A stretch of 64,000 nucleotides of DNA. Source: an uncultured Actinomycetota bacterium. GTDB lineage: Bacteria; Actinomycetota; Actinomycetes; JACCUZ01. Positions within the stretch are counted from its first letter, which is position 1, and every line of letters begins with the position of its first letter. The stretch is from the NCBI GenBank assembly GCA_963807005.1, contig CAWDZK010000006.1, positions 558,875-622,874 on the forward strand, read 5' to 3'. Positions 47,878 through 57,654 of this stretch are shown here, in pieces. The translations under genes were made by a program, and so were the position numbers. The notes beneath the pieces were generated by a model. That model saw only the letters and a list, made by a program, of their open reading frames with translations. It had not been told where the DNA came from and did not search any database.

Positions 47878-48915
47878 ATGGCCGACCTCGACCACGTCCC
47901 CGAACCCGGCCCCGCGGGCGGGACCGCCGGGTCCGCGCGCGGCGCCTGGCCGGGCGTCTCGGTCGTCATGCCGGTGCTGGACGAGGAGCGCCACCTGCGA
48001 GCGGCGGTCGCCACGGTGCTCGGCCAGGACTACCCCGGCCCGCTCGAGCTGGTGCTGGCGCTCGGCCCCTCGCGGGACCGCACCGACGAGATCGCTGCCG
48101 CCCTGGCGTCGGCCGACGGGCGGGTGCAGACGGTGCGCAACCCGACCGGGGCCACCGGCGCCGGGCTCAACCTCGCGATCGCCGCCGCCCGGCACGACGT
48201 GGTGGTGCGGCTCGACGGGCACGCACTGGTGCCGGCCGACTACGTGCGGGTAGCGGTCGAGACGCTCGGTCGGACGGGTGCCGACAACGTGGGCGGGTTG
48301 ATGGCCGCCGAGGGGGTCACCGACTTCGAGTGCGCGGTCGCGGCCGCGATGACGAGCCCGATCGGTGTCGGGCAGGCGAGCTTCCACACCGGCGGCCAGG
48401 AAGGCCCGGCGCCCACCGTGTACCTCGGGGCGTTCCGGCGGGAGGTCCTCGACCGGCTCGGCGGCTACGACGAGACCTTCCTGCGGGCCCAGGACTGGGA
48501 GCTGAACCACCGCATCCGCGAGAGTGGCGGCCTGGTCTGGTTCACGCCGGCCATGCGGGTGTCCTACCGGCCCCGGTCGACCCTGCGGGCCCTGGCGAAG
48601 CAGTACCGCGACTACGGCCGTTGGCGCCGGGTCGTCATGCGCCAGCACGAGGGCACCGTCAACGTGCGCTACCTCGCGCCCCCGGCGGCGGTGCTCGGCG
48701 TCGCCGCCGGCACGGTGGCCGGCGCGATCGGGTGGCGACCGGCTTTCGTGGCACCCCTGGGGTATGCCGCCGCTGTGCTCGTCGGGTCCGCCGTGGTGGG
48801 CCGAGGGCTGCCACCCCGCTCGCGCGCCTGGCTTCCCGTGGTGCTGGCGACGATGCACGGTGCGTGGGGGATCGGCTTCCTCACCTCCCCACGGTCCCTC
48901 CGCACCGGCGGCTGA
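47878..48915 (+). CDS. Family 2 glycosyltransferase with C-terminal membrane segments
   Basis: VSVVMPVLDEERHLRAAVATVLGQDYPGPLELVLALGPSRDRTDEI...RLDGHALVPADY... Confidence 0.8.
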   Translation: MADLDHVPEPGPAGGTAGSARGAWPGVSVVMPVLDEERHLRAAVATVLGQDYPGPLELVLALGPSRDRTDEIAAALASADGRVQTVRNPTGATGAGLNLAIAAARHDVVVRLDGHALVPADYVRVAVETLGRTGADNVGGLMAAEGVTDFECAVAAAMTSPIGVGQASFHTGGQEGPAPTVYLGAFRREVLDRLGGYDETFLRAQDWELNHRIRESGGLVWFTPAMRVSYRPRSTLRALAKQYRDYGRWRRVVMRQHEGTVNVRYLAPPAAVLGVAAGTVAGAIGWRPAFVAPLGYAAAVLVGSAVVGRGLPPRSRAWLPVVLATMHGAWGIGFLTSPRSLRTGG

Positions 48916-49152
48916 CCCGCCCCCTCGCCCCACTCACCGCCGCGGGTGGGTGGCTGCGGTCACCCGGCTGCCCCGAGCACCAACGACGGCGCAAGGGCGG
49001 CGTCGGTCCCGACATCGGTCCCCGGAGGTCGTTGCGCCGTCGTTGGTGTTCAGCCGGCCGTGGGCGTGGTCGGCCCCCGCGGGGCCCTGGACCGCGAGCG
49101 CTCCTGCGTCGCCGCCGGCTGTCGCGGGTGCGCCACGCCCCGGTGACCCGGC

Positions 49153-50109
49153 ATGATCGGCCGGGTGTCGAGGCCCTTCACGTTTCTCGCCGACGCGTTC
49201 GACGTGTCCAGCGCACGCGAGCTCGGTGAGCGGGCCCGCGCCGCCGAGGACCTCGGCGTCACCACGTTCGTGCTGCCGGACCACCTGGTCGACCAGCCGG
49301 CACCGGTGCCGTACCTGGCCGCTGTGGCCGCGCTCACCGAGCGCATCCGGATCAGCGCCTTCGTGCACAACAACGACCTCCGCCATCCCGCCGTGCTCGC
49401 CCAGGAGCTGGCCACCCTCGACGTCCTGTCCGAGGGCCGGCTCGACGTGGCCGTCGGGGCCGGCTGGAACGAGGCTGAGTACACCGCGATCGGCCTGCCC
49501 TTCGACCCGATCCGGGTCCGGCAGGCGCGGCTGGCCGAGTCGGTGCGGGTCATCAAGGGATGCTTCGGCGCCGGCCCGTTCTCGTTCGCCGGTGAGCACT
49601 ACCGGATCACCGACTACGACGCGCAGCCGAAACCGGTGCAGCAGCCGCACCCGCCGTTCTTCATCGGCGGTGGCGGCCGGCCGACGCTGGAGCTGGCCGC
49701 GCGCGAGGCGCAGACCGTGGGCCTGGCGCCGCGGATCATGCCCGGCGGCCGGCCGGACCCGCGCTCGCTCACCTGGGCGGCGACCGCGGAGAAGATCCGC
49801 TGGGTCCGGGAGGCGGCCGGCGAGCGGTTCGACGAGCTGACGCTCAACGTCTACCCGTCGTTCTGGCCCGTCACGGTCACCGACGACCTGGAGGGCGAGG
49901 CGGCGAAGGTGATCGCCGCGCTGGAGGAACGCAGCGGGATCGAGCTCACCGTCCAGGAGGTCGTCGACTCGCCGCACGTCTTCATCGGGTCGCACGACCG
50001 TTTCGTCGAGAAGTTCACCGGGCTGCGTGACGGCCTCGGGATCTCGTCGTTCCTCATCGGGGACCTCGACCAGCTCGGCCCGGTGGTCGCGCGGCTCGCG
50101 GGAACCTGA
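49153..50109 (+). CDS. LLM-class (luciferase-like) F420-dependent oxidoreductase
   Basis: FTFLADAFDVSSARELGERARAAEDLGVTTFVLPDHL...LSEGRLDVAVGAGWNEAEY..., the TIGR03621-like LLM pattern. Confidence 0.8.
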   Translation: MIGRVSRPFTFLADAFDVSSARELGERARAAEDLGVTTFVLPDHLVDQPAPVPYLAAVAALTERIRISAFVHNNDLRHPAVLAQELATLDVLSEGRLDVAVGAGWNEAEYTAIGLPFDPIRVRQARLAESVRVIKGCFGAGPFSFAGEHYRITDYDAQPKPVQQPHPPFFIGGGGRPTLELAAREAQTVGLAPRIMPGGRPDPRSLTWAATAEKIRWVREAAGERFDELTLNVYPSFWPVTVTDDLEGEAAKVIAALEERSGIELTVQEVVDSPHVFIGSHDRFVEKFTGLRDGLGISSFLIGDLDQLGPVVARLAGT

Positions 50110-50111
50110 GG

Positions 50112-50900
50112 TCAACCGGCTTCCGGCTCCCGGCGGAGCGCAGCGACCGCGTCCGGGACGTCGTTGAGCACCAGCACGTCCACGCCGGCGGCCACGAGGT
50201 CCCGCGCCCGCGCGGGCTCCGGGCACCAGGCCAGCACCCGCAGCCCGGCCCGGTGCGCGACCTCGACGCTCTCGCCGGCCGGCCGGTGCACCGGACCGGC
50301 CTCCACCCGGTTGGGTCCGAACGAGCCGTGATGCAGGCCCACGAGGTCGAGGCCGAACCCGGCGGCCGCGGCGACCAGGTGCCGCAGCGGGAAGTCGATC
50401 CAGCCGAGCAGGCCGTACGCCGCGCCGGGCACGGCGTGCCGGAGCCGGAGCAGAGCGGCGGGGTCGAACGACGTGACCAGCACCGGGCGGCGACCGGACT
50501 CCTCAGCCAGCAGCGGGGCGAGCAGTACGTCGGTACGGCGGGCGACCGGGTCGGTCGCATCCTCCAGCACCGTCTTGACGTCGAGGTCGACGGGCACTCC
50601 GGGCGGCAGTGCGTCGAGCAGATCTGCCACCGTGGCGAGACCGGCCGCGACGGCGTCCGCCTGCGAGACGTTCACGAGGAAGCGGCCGTCGGGAAGGGCC
50701 GGGTCGTGGCTCACCACGAGCGCGTCGTCGCGAGTGCGGGCGACGTCCACCTCCACGCCGTCGGCGCCCGCTGACAGCGCGGCCAGCATCGAGGCGACGG
50801 TGTTCTCCGGGTGGCCGGTCACGGCGCCCTTGCCGAGCCCGCGGTGACCGATCAGGGTAGGTCGGCCGACGAGGAAGCGATCGACCTCAGTCGTGCTCAT
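50112..50900 (-). CDS. Glycerophosphodiester phosphodiesterase (GDPD family)
   Basis: TLIGHRGLGKGAVTGHPENTVASMLAALSAGADGVEVDVARTRDDALVVSHD... Confidence 0.85.
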   Translation of the reverse strand: MSTTEVDRFLVGRPTLIGHRGLGKGAVTGHPENTVASMLAALSAGADGVEVDVARTRDDALVVSHDPALPDGRFLVNVSQADAVAAGLATVADLLDALPPGVPVDLDVKTVLEDATDPVARRTDVLLAPLLAEESGRRPVLVTSFDPAALLRLRHAVPGAAYGLLGWIDFPLRHLVAAAAGFGLDLVGLHHGSFGPNRVEAGPVHRPAGESVEVAHRAGLRVLAWCPEPARARDLVAAGVDVLVLNDVPDAVAALRREPEAG

Positions 50901-52284
50901 CGACGTCGCCGGTGGTCACCCGGCGGTGTCCTGCGAGCAGTCGGTCGCGCTCCGCGACCACGTCCGACACGGCCTGCTCGAACTTCCGCGAGCTGTCGCC
51001 GGGGCCGAGGTCGCCGAAGTAGTGCGTCCGGGTCCGGGCCCGGTCCTCGCGGCGCTTGTCGCTCTCCAGCGCGTCGGTCATCGCCTCGGCGAAACCGTCG
51101 ATGGTGGACGAGTCGATGATGTCGGCACCCTCGGTGAGCGGGCTGTCGCTGGCGAGGAGCTCGCGGTCGTCCCGCCGGTCGGTCAGGAAGATCGGCGCCT
51201 CGGCCCGGAGGTACAGGAAGTCGAGCGTGACGCTGGAGATGTCACCGACCAACGCGTCGCAGCCGCCGAACATCGCCAGGATGTTGCCGTCCGTGCGGGC
51301 GACGTGGCCGGCCTGCGGGTCACGCTGGTTGGCCTTCTCGACCATCGACATGATCTTGCGGTGCGCGGACCGGACGCCGGGGTTAGCCGAGCCTGCCACC
51401 CGGGGGTGCGGCTTGTAGACCACCCGCAGGTCGGGGAGCGCGAGCAGAGACTGCACGATCCGGATGCCGTACCGGTCCAGCGACGTCCAGTTGTTCGACT
51501 CGCTCTCGCCCTCCCACGTCGGTGCGTACATGACGGTGCGACGGGTCGACTCCGGCAGCTCGGCCGTGAAGTCGAGATCGAGCTGCGGCCGGCCGACCGG
51601 CACGACCTTGCTGTCGTCGAACCCGATGAGCGCCTCGCGGTACCTCTCGACGGCGACCGGTCCGGCCACGAACACCCGGTCATAGGCCTTGACCTGGTTG
51701 GAGAAGCTGGACAGCTTGTCGCTCTCGCCGTGGTTGACGTGCACGTGCAGCATCCGCGGGTTGTTCATCGACTGGAAGTTGCGCTGGCTGTTGTTGACGT
51801 AGATCCCGACCTTGAACTCGCAGGCGTCGTAGAGGTTCATCAGGTCGAGGAACGTCGTGAGGCAGACGGCCGGCAGCGTGGTGCGGTCCTGGAGGTCGCG
51901 CATGGCCCGGAGGTCCCGCAGGACCAGCACCACCTTGTGCTTGGAGGAGAGCCGCTCCAGCACCGGCAGCCACTGGTCGAGCTGGTAGATCCGGTCCGGG
52001 CCGTCGCCGTAGTAGACGACCACCTCGGCGTCGACCGGGATGCGGGCGGCGGCCATCTGCGGCACGAACGAGTCCGGGGCCAGCCGCAGCGCCAGCTCTG
52101 CCTGCGCCCGCCGGGCCCGCCAGCGCACCGCGCGCACGGTCCGCCGCGCCGCGGCTCGGGTGACGCTGGCCTCGGGCCTGTGGGGCACGTCGGGTCCTCC
52201 TGGGGCTGGCTGCGATGGGGGGTCTGCGGGGCGGACGCCGTACGCCCACCGCCTTCGGGGACGATACCGTCCGGGGGATCGCAC
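50887..52284 (-). CDS. CDP-glycerol glycerophosphotransferase (TagB/TagF family)
   Basis: ...HVHVNHGESDKLSSFSNQVKAYDRVFVAGPVAVERY...VMYAPTWEG...VVYKPHPR..., the TagF-like catalytic core. N-terminal start uncertain. Confidence 0.8.
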   Translation of the reverse strand: MRSPGRYRPRRRWAYGVRPADPPSQPAPGGPDVPHRPEASVTRAAARRTVRAVRWRARRAQAELALRLAPDSFVPQMAAARIPVDAEVVVYYGDGPDRIYQLDQWLPVLERLSSKHKVVLVLRDLRAMRDLQDRTTLPAVCLTTFLDLMNLYDACEFKVGIYVNNSQRNFQSMNNPRMLHVHVNHGESDKLSSFSNQVKAYDRVFVAGPVAVERYREALIGFDDSKVVPVGRPQLDLDFTAELPESTRRTVMYAPTWEGESESNNWTSLDRYGIRIVQSLLALPDLRVVYKPHPRVAGSANPGVRSAHRKIMSMVEKANQRDPQAGHVARTDGNILAMFGGCDALVGDISSVTLDFLYLRAEAPIFLTDRRDDRELLASDSPLTEGADIIDSSTIDGFAEAMTDALESDKRREDRARTRTHYFGDLGPGDSSRKFEQAVSDVVAERDRLLAGHRRVTTGDVDEHD

Positions 52285-52308
52285 TGCCCCACGGAGAGGT
52301 ACGACCTG

Positions 52309-53052
52309 ATGATCGGCATGGTGCTGGCGGCGGGTGCCGGCCGACGGCTACGCCCGTACACCGACACGCTGCCCAAGGCGCTCGTCCCGGTCGACGGCGA
52401 GACCACCATTCTCGACATCGCCCTGGGCAACCTGGCGACCGTCGGGCTCACCGACGTCACCGTGGTGGTGGGCTACCGGGCCGAGGCGGTCGAGGCCCGG
52501 CAGGCGGTCCTGGAGGAGCGGCACGGGGTCCACCTCACCCTCGTGCACAACGACAAGGCCGAGGAGTGGAACAACTGCTACTCCCTGTGGCTGGCCCGTG
52601 ACCAGTTCGCCCAGGGCGCCCTGCTGGTGAACGGCGACACCGTGCACCCGGTGAGCGTCGAGCGCACGCTGCTCGCGGCCCGGGAGAACGAGGGCGCCCC
52701 GGGCATCCTGCTCGCGCTCGACGACCAGAAGCGGCTGGCCGACGAGGAGATGAAGGTCGTCGTCGACGAGTCCCGTCGGATGCGCCGGATCACCAAGCTG
52801 ATGGACCCGGTCGAGGCGACCGGTGAGTACATCGGGGCCACCCTGATCGAGGCGCATGCCGCCGAGGCGCTGGCGACCGCCCTGGAGGCGACCTGGCAGC
52901 GCGACCCGGACCTCTACTACGAGGACGGCTACCAGCACCTGGTCGACACCGGCGGGGAGGTCGGGGTCGCTCCGATCGGTTCGGTCCGCTGGGTCGAGGT
53001 CGACAACCACGACGACCTCGCCAAGGCGCGGGAGATCGCGTGCCACTACTAG
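52309..53052 (+). CDS. Sugar/polyol-phosphate nucleotidyltransferase (MobA-like NTP_transf_3 family)
   Basis: RBS GGAGAGG. MIGMVLAAGAGRRLRPYTDTLPKALVPVDGETTILDIALGNL... Confidence 0.75.
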   Translation: MIGMVLAAGAGRRLRPYTDTLPKALVPVDGETTILDIALGNLATVGLTDVTVVVGYRAEAVEARQAVLEERHGVHLTLVHNDKAEEWNNCYSLWLARDQFAQGALLVNGDTVHPVSVERTLLAARENEGAPGILLALDDQKRLADEEMKVVVDESRRMRRITKLMDPVEATGEYIGATLIEAHAAEALATALEATWQRDPDLYYEDGYQHLVDTGGEVGVAPIGSVRWVEVDNHDDLAKAREIACHY

Positions 53053-54098
53053 CCCGGATGCTGCTCAGCCCGCTGTTCATCGACATCCGCGCGGGCGCGG
53101 TCTCCGGGCTCGGAGACCTGCTCGCCGACCGCCGGATCTCCGGCGACGGGCACGTCGCCGTGGCGGTGGGGCCGGGACAGGGCGAGGCCGTGGTGGCTGC
53201 GCTGCAGCCGGCGCTGTCCAACGCGGACGTCTTCACGGTCCGCGGGGGCAGCCTCGAGGCGGCCGGCGAGCTCCAGGCCGAGCTGCGGGGCAGGCACTAC
53301 GACGCCCTCGTCGGCATCGGCGGCGGCCGCACCCTCGACGTCGCGAAGTACGCGGCCACCAGGCTGGCGCTGCCCATGGTCGCCGTCGCGACCAACCTGG
53401 CGCACGACGGCATCGCCTCACCGGTGAGCTCACTGCTGCACGAGGGCGGCAAGGGCTCGTTCGGCGTGGTGCTGCCCATGGCAGTGGTCGTCGACCTGGA
53501 CTACGTGCGATCGTCCCCGCCCCGGATGGTGCGGTCCGGCGTCGGTGACGCCGTCTCGAACCTCTCGGCGATCGCGGACTGGCGGCTGGCGGCGGACGAG
53601 CGGGGGGAGCCGGTCGACGGGCTGGCGGTCACCTTCGCCCGGACCGCAGCCGAGTCCGTGCTGCACCGCACCGACAGCATCGAGTCGGACAGCTTCCTCA
53701 CCGCGCTCGCCGAGGCCCTCGTGCTCTCCGGCATGGCGATGGCGGCCGCGGGCTCCAGCCGGCCGTGCAGCGGCGGCGACCACGAGTTCCTGCACGCGGT
53801 GGACGTGCTCTTCCCCGGTGCCGGCAACCACGGGGAGCTGGCCGGCGTCGGCGCCCTCTACTCCTTCTTCCTGCGCGGCGACGAGGAGTCGGCGGCACTG
53901 GTCGATGCCTGCCTTCGGCGGCACGGACTTCCGCGGCTGCCGGCCGACCTGGGGCTGACCGCGGAGCAGATGACCGACGCGGTGCTGCTCGCGCCGTCCA
54001 CCAGGCCGGACCGGTACACGATCCTCGAGCACCTCGCCCTCGACGCGGCGGCGGTGCGGGCCTCGGTGGACGCCTACGTCGAGCGTTTCGGCGGCTGA
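53040..54098 (+). CDS. Iron-containing alcohol dehydrogenase-family enzyme, sn-glycerol-1-phosphate dehydrogenase (EgsA/AraM)-like
   Basis: GTG with GGGAGA RBS. ...LVGIGGGRTLDVAKYAATRLALPMVAVATNLAHDGIASPVSSL...GDAVSNLSAIADW...GDHEFLHAV..., matching the G1PDH / glycerol dehydrogenase-like pattern. Confidence 0.7.
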   Translation: MPLLARMLLSPLFIDIRAGAVSGLGDLLADRRISGDGHVAVAVGPGQGEAVVAALQPALSNADVFTVRGGSLEAAGELQAELRGRHYDALVGIGGGRTLDVAKYAATRLALPMVAVATNLAHDGIASPVSSLLHEGGKGSFGVVLPMAVVVDLDYVRSSPPRMVRSGVGDAVSNLSAIADWRLAADERGEPVDGLAVTFARTAAESVLHRTDSIESDSFLTALAEALVLSGMAMAAAGSSRPCSGGDHEFLHAVDVLFPGAGNHGELAGVGALYSFFLRGDEESAALVDACLRRHGLPRLPADLGLTAEQMTDAVLLAPSTRPDRYTILEHLALDAAAVRASVDAYVERFGG

Positions 54099-54171
54099 CC
54101 AGCCACCGAGCCCCCGGAGCCCCCGGTGGTAGCGTTCCTCGTCCGTCAGGTGAGAGACCGGTAGGAGCGTC

Positions 54172-54978
54172 GTGGCTGGACAGGTAGTGCCGGCGCGGCT
54201 GGGCACCCTGTGGGACAACCGGCGGGTCCTGTCCCTGCTCGTCACCCGTGACCTCAAGGTCAAGTACGCCGACTCGGTGCTGGGCTACGTCTGGTCCATC
54301 CTCGAGCCGCTGGCCATGGCCGGCGTCTACTGGTTCGTCTTCACCAAGCTGATGGACCGCCAGCTCGGGGAGGCGCCGTACATCGTCTTCCTGCTCTGCG
54401 GGATGCTCCCCTGGCAGTGGACCAACGCCGTGCTGCGCTCCTCGATGAAGTCGCTCACCAAGGACTCCAAGCTGGTCCGCTCGACCAACCTGCCCCGCGA
54501 GATCTGGGTGCTGCGCACGGTCGCCTCGAAGTTCGCCGAGTTCATGTATGCCATCCCGGTGCTCGTCGGCTTCGCGATCTTCTCCGACGCCCGGCTGTCC
54601 TGGTGGGTGGTGTTCGTCCCGCTCGCGATCCTCATGCAGGCGATGCTGCTCACGGGCGCGGGCCTCCTGCTGGCGTCGCTCTCGGTGCTGTACGGCGACG
54701 TCGAACGGCTGATGCGGATCGTCATGCGGCTGCTGTTCTACTTCTCCCCGGTCATCTACGGCGTCAACGACGTCACCAGCCGGCTCGGTGCGGTCGGCGA
54801 CCTCTTCCTGCTCAACCCCCTCGCGGGCATCTTCGACCTCTACCGCACCGCCTTCTTCCCCGACCAGTGGGCGGGCTGGACCGCGGTCATCCTGGCGGCG
54901 GTCGTGTCGCTGCTCTTCTTCGTCGTCGGAGCCCTGGTGTTCCGGCGGCTCGAGGGCACTGTCCTCAAGGAGATCTGA
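54172..54978 (+). CDS. ABC-2 type polysaccharide/teichoic-acid export permease (TagG/Wzm-like)
   Basis: LLVTRDLKVKYADSVLGYVWSILEPLAMAGVYWFVFTKLM..., six TM segments. Confidence 0.85.
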   Translation: MAGQVVPARLGTLWDNRRVLSLLVTRDLKVKYADSVLGYVWSILEPLAMAGVYWFVFTKLMDRQLGEAPYIVFLLCGMLPWQWTNAVLRSSMKSLTKDSKLVRSTNLPREIWVLRTVASKFAEFMYAIPVLVGFAIFSDARLSWWVVFVPLAILMQAMLLTGAGLLLASLSVLYGDVERLMRIVMRLLFYFSPVIYGVNDVTSRLGAVGDLFLLNPLAGIFDLYRTAFFPDQWAGWTAVILAAVVSLLFFVVGALVFRRLEGTVLKEI

Positions 54979-54980
54979 GG

Positions 54981-55835
54981 ATGGTCGTCGTCATCGAGGC
55001 AAAGAACCTCGGCATCCACTTCAAGCGCAACCGTCGTCGGCACAAGCGACTGCGCGACATGTTCTCGTCGACGCCCAAGCCGGACGCGCCGGTGCGCGCA
55101 CCGAAACCGGGCCAGGACGGCTCCGGCGCGGGTGGCAAGGGCGGCAAGGGCGGCAAGACCGGCAAGGGCGGCAAGGGCGGCAAGCGGAAGCACCACGAGT
55201 TCTGGGCGCTGCGCAACATCTCCTTCCAGATCCAGGAAGGCGAGGCGGTCGGCCTCGTCGGGGGCAACGGCCAGGGCAAGAGCACCCTGCTCAAGCTGAT
55301 CGCCGGCGTCCTGCTCCCCGACGCCGGCAAGATCCGGGTCCGGGGCGGGGTTGCCCCGCTCATCGAGGTGACCGGCGGCTTCGAGGGCGACCTGACGGCG
55401 CGGGACAACATCTGGCTGACGGCCGGCCTGCACGGGCTGTCGAAGAAGCAGATCGCCGCCAAGTTCGACGAGATCGTCGACTTCGCCGAGGTGGGCGACT
55501 TCCTCGACACGCCGTTCCGGCACTTCTCCTCCGGCATGAAGGTCCGGCTCGGCTTCTCCGTGATCACGACACTGGACGAGCCGATCGTCCTGGTGGACGA
55601 GGTGCTGGCGGTCGGCGACCGGGCGTTCCGCGAGAAGTGCTACCTGCGCATGCAGGACCTGCTCGCAGGTGGGCGGACGCTGTTCCTGGTGTCCCACAAC
55701 GAGGGTGACCTCAAGCGGTTCTGCACCCGTGGCCTGTACCTGCAGGGCGGTTCGCTGGTCGCGGACGCCCCCATCGAGGAGTCGCTGGCGCGCTACCGGG
55801 CCGACACCGAGGCGCGGCGGGCTCAGTACCGGTGA
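54981..55835 (+). CDS. ABC transporter ATP-binding protein (TagH/Wzt-like) with Lys/Gly-rich N-terminal insertion
   Basis: Walker A GGNGQGKSTLL, signature FSSGMKVRLGF, Walker B IVLVDEVLAVGD. Insertion PKPGQDGSGAGGKGGKGGKTGKGGKGGKRK precedes Walker A. Confidence 0.85.
   Translation: MVVVIEAKNLGIHFKRNRRRHKRLRDMFSSTPKPDAPVRAPKPGQDGSGAGGKGGKGGKTGKGGKGGKRKHHEFWALRNISFQIQEGEAVGLVGGNGQGKSTLLKLIAGVLLPDAGKIRVRGGVAPLIEVTGGFEGDLTARDNIWLTAGLHGLSKKQIAAKFDEIVDFAEVGDFLDTPFRHFSSGMKVRLGFSVITTLDEPIVLVDEVLAVGDRAFREKCYLRMQDLLAGGRTLFLVSHNEGDLKRFCTRGLYLQGGSLVADAPIEESLARYRADTEARRAQYR
55134..55187. repeat. In-frame 9-bp tandem repeat (GGCAAGGGC-like) x6 within the ABC ATPase gene, encoding (GKG)n
   Basis: Seen directly: ggcaagggc ggcaagggc ggcaagacc ggcaagggc ggcaagggc ggcaagcgg. 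Confidence 0.8.
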
Positions 55836-55836
55836 G

Positions 55837-57654
55837 GTGCACGTGACCGGGCCGCTCCTCGTCGGCCCGGTGGACGACCTCGCGACGGGGCTGGCGGGGC
55901 TCGCGGGCTCGGTCCGCGCCGGGACCGGGCCGCTGCTGCTGGTCGCCGCCGACCTGCACGTCCATCCCGAGGCCCTCGCCGACCTGGCGGACGACCCGCG
56001 GCCCGGGACCGCGGTGCTCGCCAGCGCCACTCCGGGACTCGACGGCCACGACCTGCGTACCCGCGCGGGCCAGGTGGTCGCCGTCGCGACAGAGGTGCAC
56101 CGGCTCGGGTCGGCCGACTCGAGCTTCGTCGGCGCGCTGCGTATCGGCGCGGCCGACCGCGACGCCGCGGCGTCGGTCGCGGACGAGCTCGCCGCGCTCG
56201 CGCGCCACCACGGCTGGGCCGGCGACCCGCTGGGCTACCTCGTGCTCGGGCTGGTGCGCTCCGGGGTCCGGGTGGGCGCCATCCCGCTCGACCCCTGGCC
56301 CTGGGCCCGGGGCGACGGCCCCGCGGGGCAGGCGGTCCAGCGCGAGCTCGAGGGCATGGACGCCCGGGCCGTGCACGCGACCCGGTTCCGCCGCGCGGCC
56401 AAGACCGAGGACGCGTTCGTCGCGACCTTCGTGCACCGGCCGGTGGCCCGGCGCCTGACACCCCTCGCGCTGCGGCTGGGACTGACCCCGAACCAGGTCA
56501 CCGGCTTCTCGGTGCTGCTGGGGCTGGGCGCCGCCGGTGCGTTCGCCGGGGGCCGCTGGTGGTCTCTCGTCCTGGGTGCAGTGCTGCTGCAGCTCTCGCT
56601 GGTGGTCGACTGTGTCGACGGCGATGTCGCGCGGTTCCGGAGGATGTTCTCCCCGGTGGGCGCCTGGCTGGACGCGTCCACCGACCGGCTGAAGGAGTTC
56701 GCCTGCTACGGCGGCCTGGCCTGGGGTGCAGACGCCGGTCGCACCGGCTGGGTGCTGGCAGCCGCGATGCTCACCCTGCAGACCGCACGACACTCGCTCG
56801 ACTACACGTTCACCGCCGTCAAGGAGCTGCGCGAGGCCCCGCCGGTGGCGGCATCGCTCGCGGCCCCGGACGACCCGGGCGCAACCGTCGGCGCCGGTGA
56901 CGCCACCCCGTCGTCGCGAGCGGTGGCGCTCAGCCGGCGGGCGTCGGCGGGCCGGCCGGCGGTGGTCTGGCTCAAGAAGGTGCTGCACCTCGGCATCGGC
57001 GAGCGCTGGACGGTCCTGTCCCTCTTCGCCCTGGCGCAGCTGCCCGCCGTGGGGCTGGCCGTGCTGCTCGTCCTCGGTCTCGGGTCGTTGCTGTACGTCG
57101 GTGCCGGCCGGACCCTGCGGGCCCGGGCCTGGCCGGCCGGGCCGGTCCCGCCGCGGGAGCACGAGATCGTCACCGCCCAGGTCGACGGCGCCCCGCTGGT
57201 GCCGGCTCGGCTGGCCGGGCGGGTGGCCGGCAGCCCGACCGGCAGTCAGCGCTTCCTCTGGGCCCGCCCCGCCCTGCTGCGGGTCGGCGAGTACTCCGTC
57301 GTGCTCGCCCTGACCGGGCGGCTCCCGGGCCCCGGGGCCGGCGCCGCCGTCTTCGCGCTGCTCCTCGTGGTCGCCTCGCACCACTACGACGACCTCTACC
57401 GGGTGCTGCAGGGCCTCCGGCCGCCTGGTCGCGTCTCCCGGGCGCTCGGGCTGGGGGTGCCCGGCCGGCTGCTGGTCGTGGCCGCCCTGGCGCTGGTCGG
57501 CGGGGCGGCCGGCGAGGGGGGCGTGTGGCTGCTCGCGGCCGGGCTCGGCATCCTCTTCCTCGGGGTCGAGCCCGCCCGGCTGATGGGCGAGGTCCGGTCC
57601 CGCCCCGACCGGCACGACCCGAGCACGCTGTCCGAAGGAGCCGTGGGTGCCTGA
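55837..57654 (+). CDS. Membrane protein with CDP-alcohol phosphatidyltransferase domain plus N-terminal soluble domain
   Basis: GTG 55837. CAP motif region LLQLSLVVDCVDGDVARFRRMFSPVGAWLDASTDRL (D-x2-DG-x2-AR...G-x3-D-x3-D); multiple TM helices. Confidence 0.65.
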   Translation: MHVTGPLLVGPVDDLATGLAGLAGSVRAGTGPLLLVAADLHVHPEALADLADDPRPGTAVLASATPGLDGHDLRTRAGQVVAVATEVHRLGSADSSFVGALRIGAADRDAAASVADELAALARHHGWAGDPLGYLVLGLVRSGVRVGAIPLDPWPWARGDGPAGQAVQRELEGMDARAVHATRFRRAAKTEDAFVATFVHRPVARRLTPLALRLGLTPNQVTGFSVLLGLGAAGAFAGGRWWSLVLGAVLLQLSLVVDCVDGDVARFRRMFSPVGAWLDASTDRLKEFACYGGLAWGADAGRTGWVLAAAMLTLQTARHSLDYTFTAVKELREAPPVAASLAAPDDPGATVGAGDATPSSRAVALSRRASAGRPAVVWLKKVLHLGIGERWTVLSLFALAQLPAVGLAVLLVLGLGSLLYVGAGRTLRARAWPAGPVPPREHEIVTAQVDGAPLVPARLAGRVAGSPTGSQRFLWARPALLRVGEYSVVLALTGRLPGPGAGAAVFALLLVVASHHYDDLYRVLQGLRPPGRVSRALGLGVPGRLLVVAALALVGGAAGEGGVWLLAAGLGILFLGVEPARLMGEVRSRPDRHDPSTLSEGAVGA

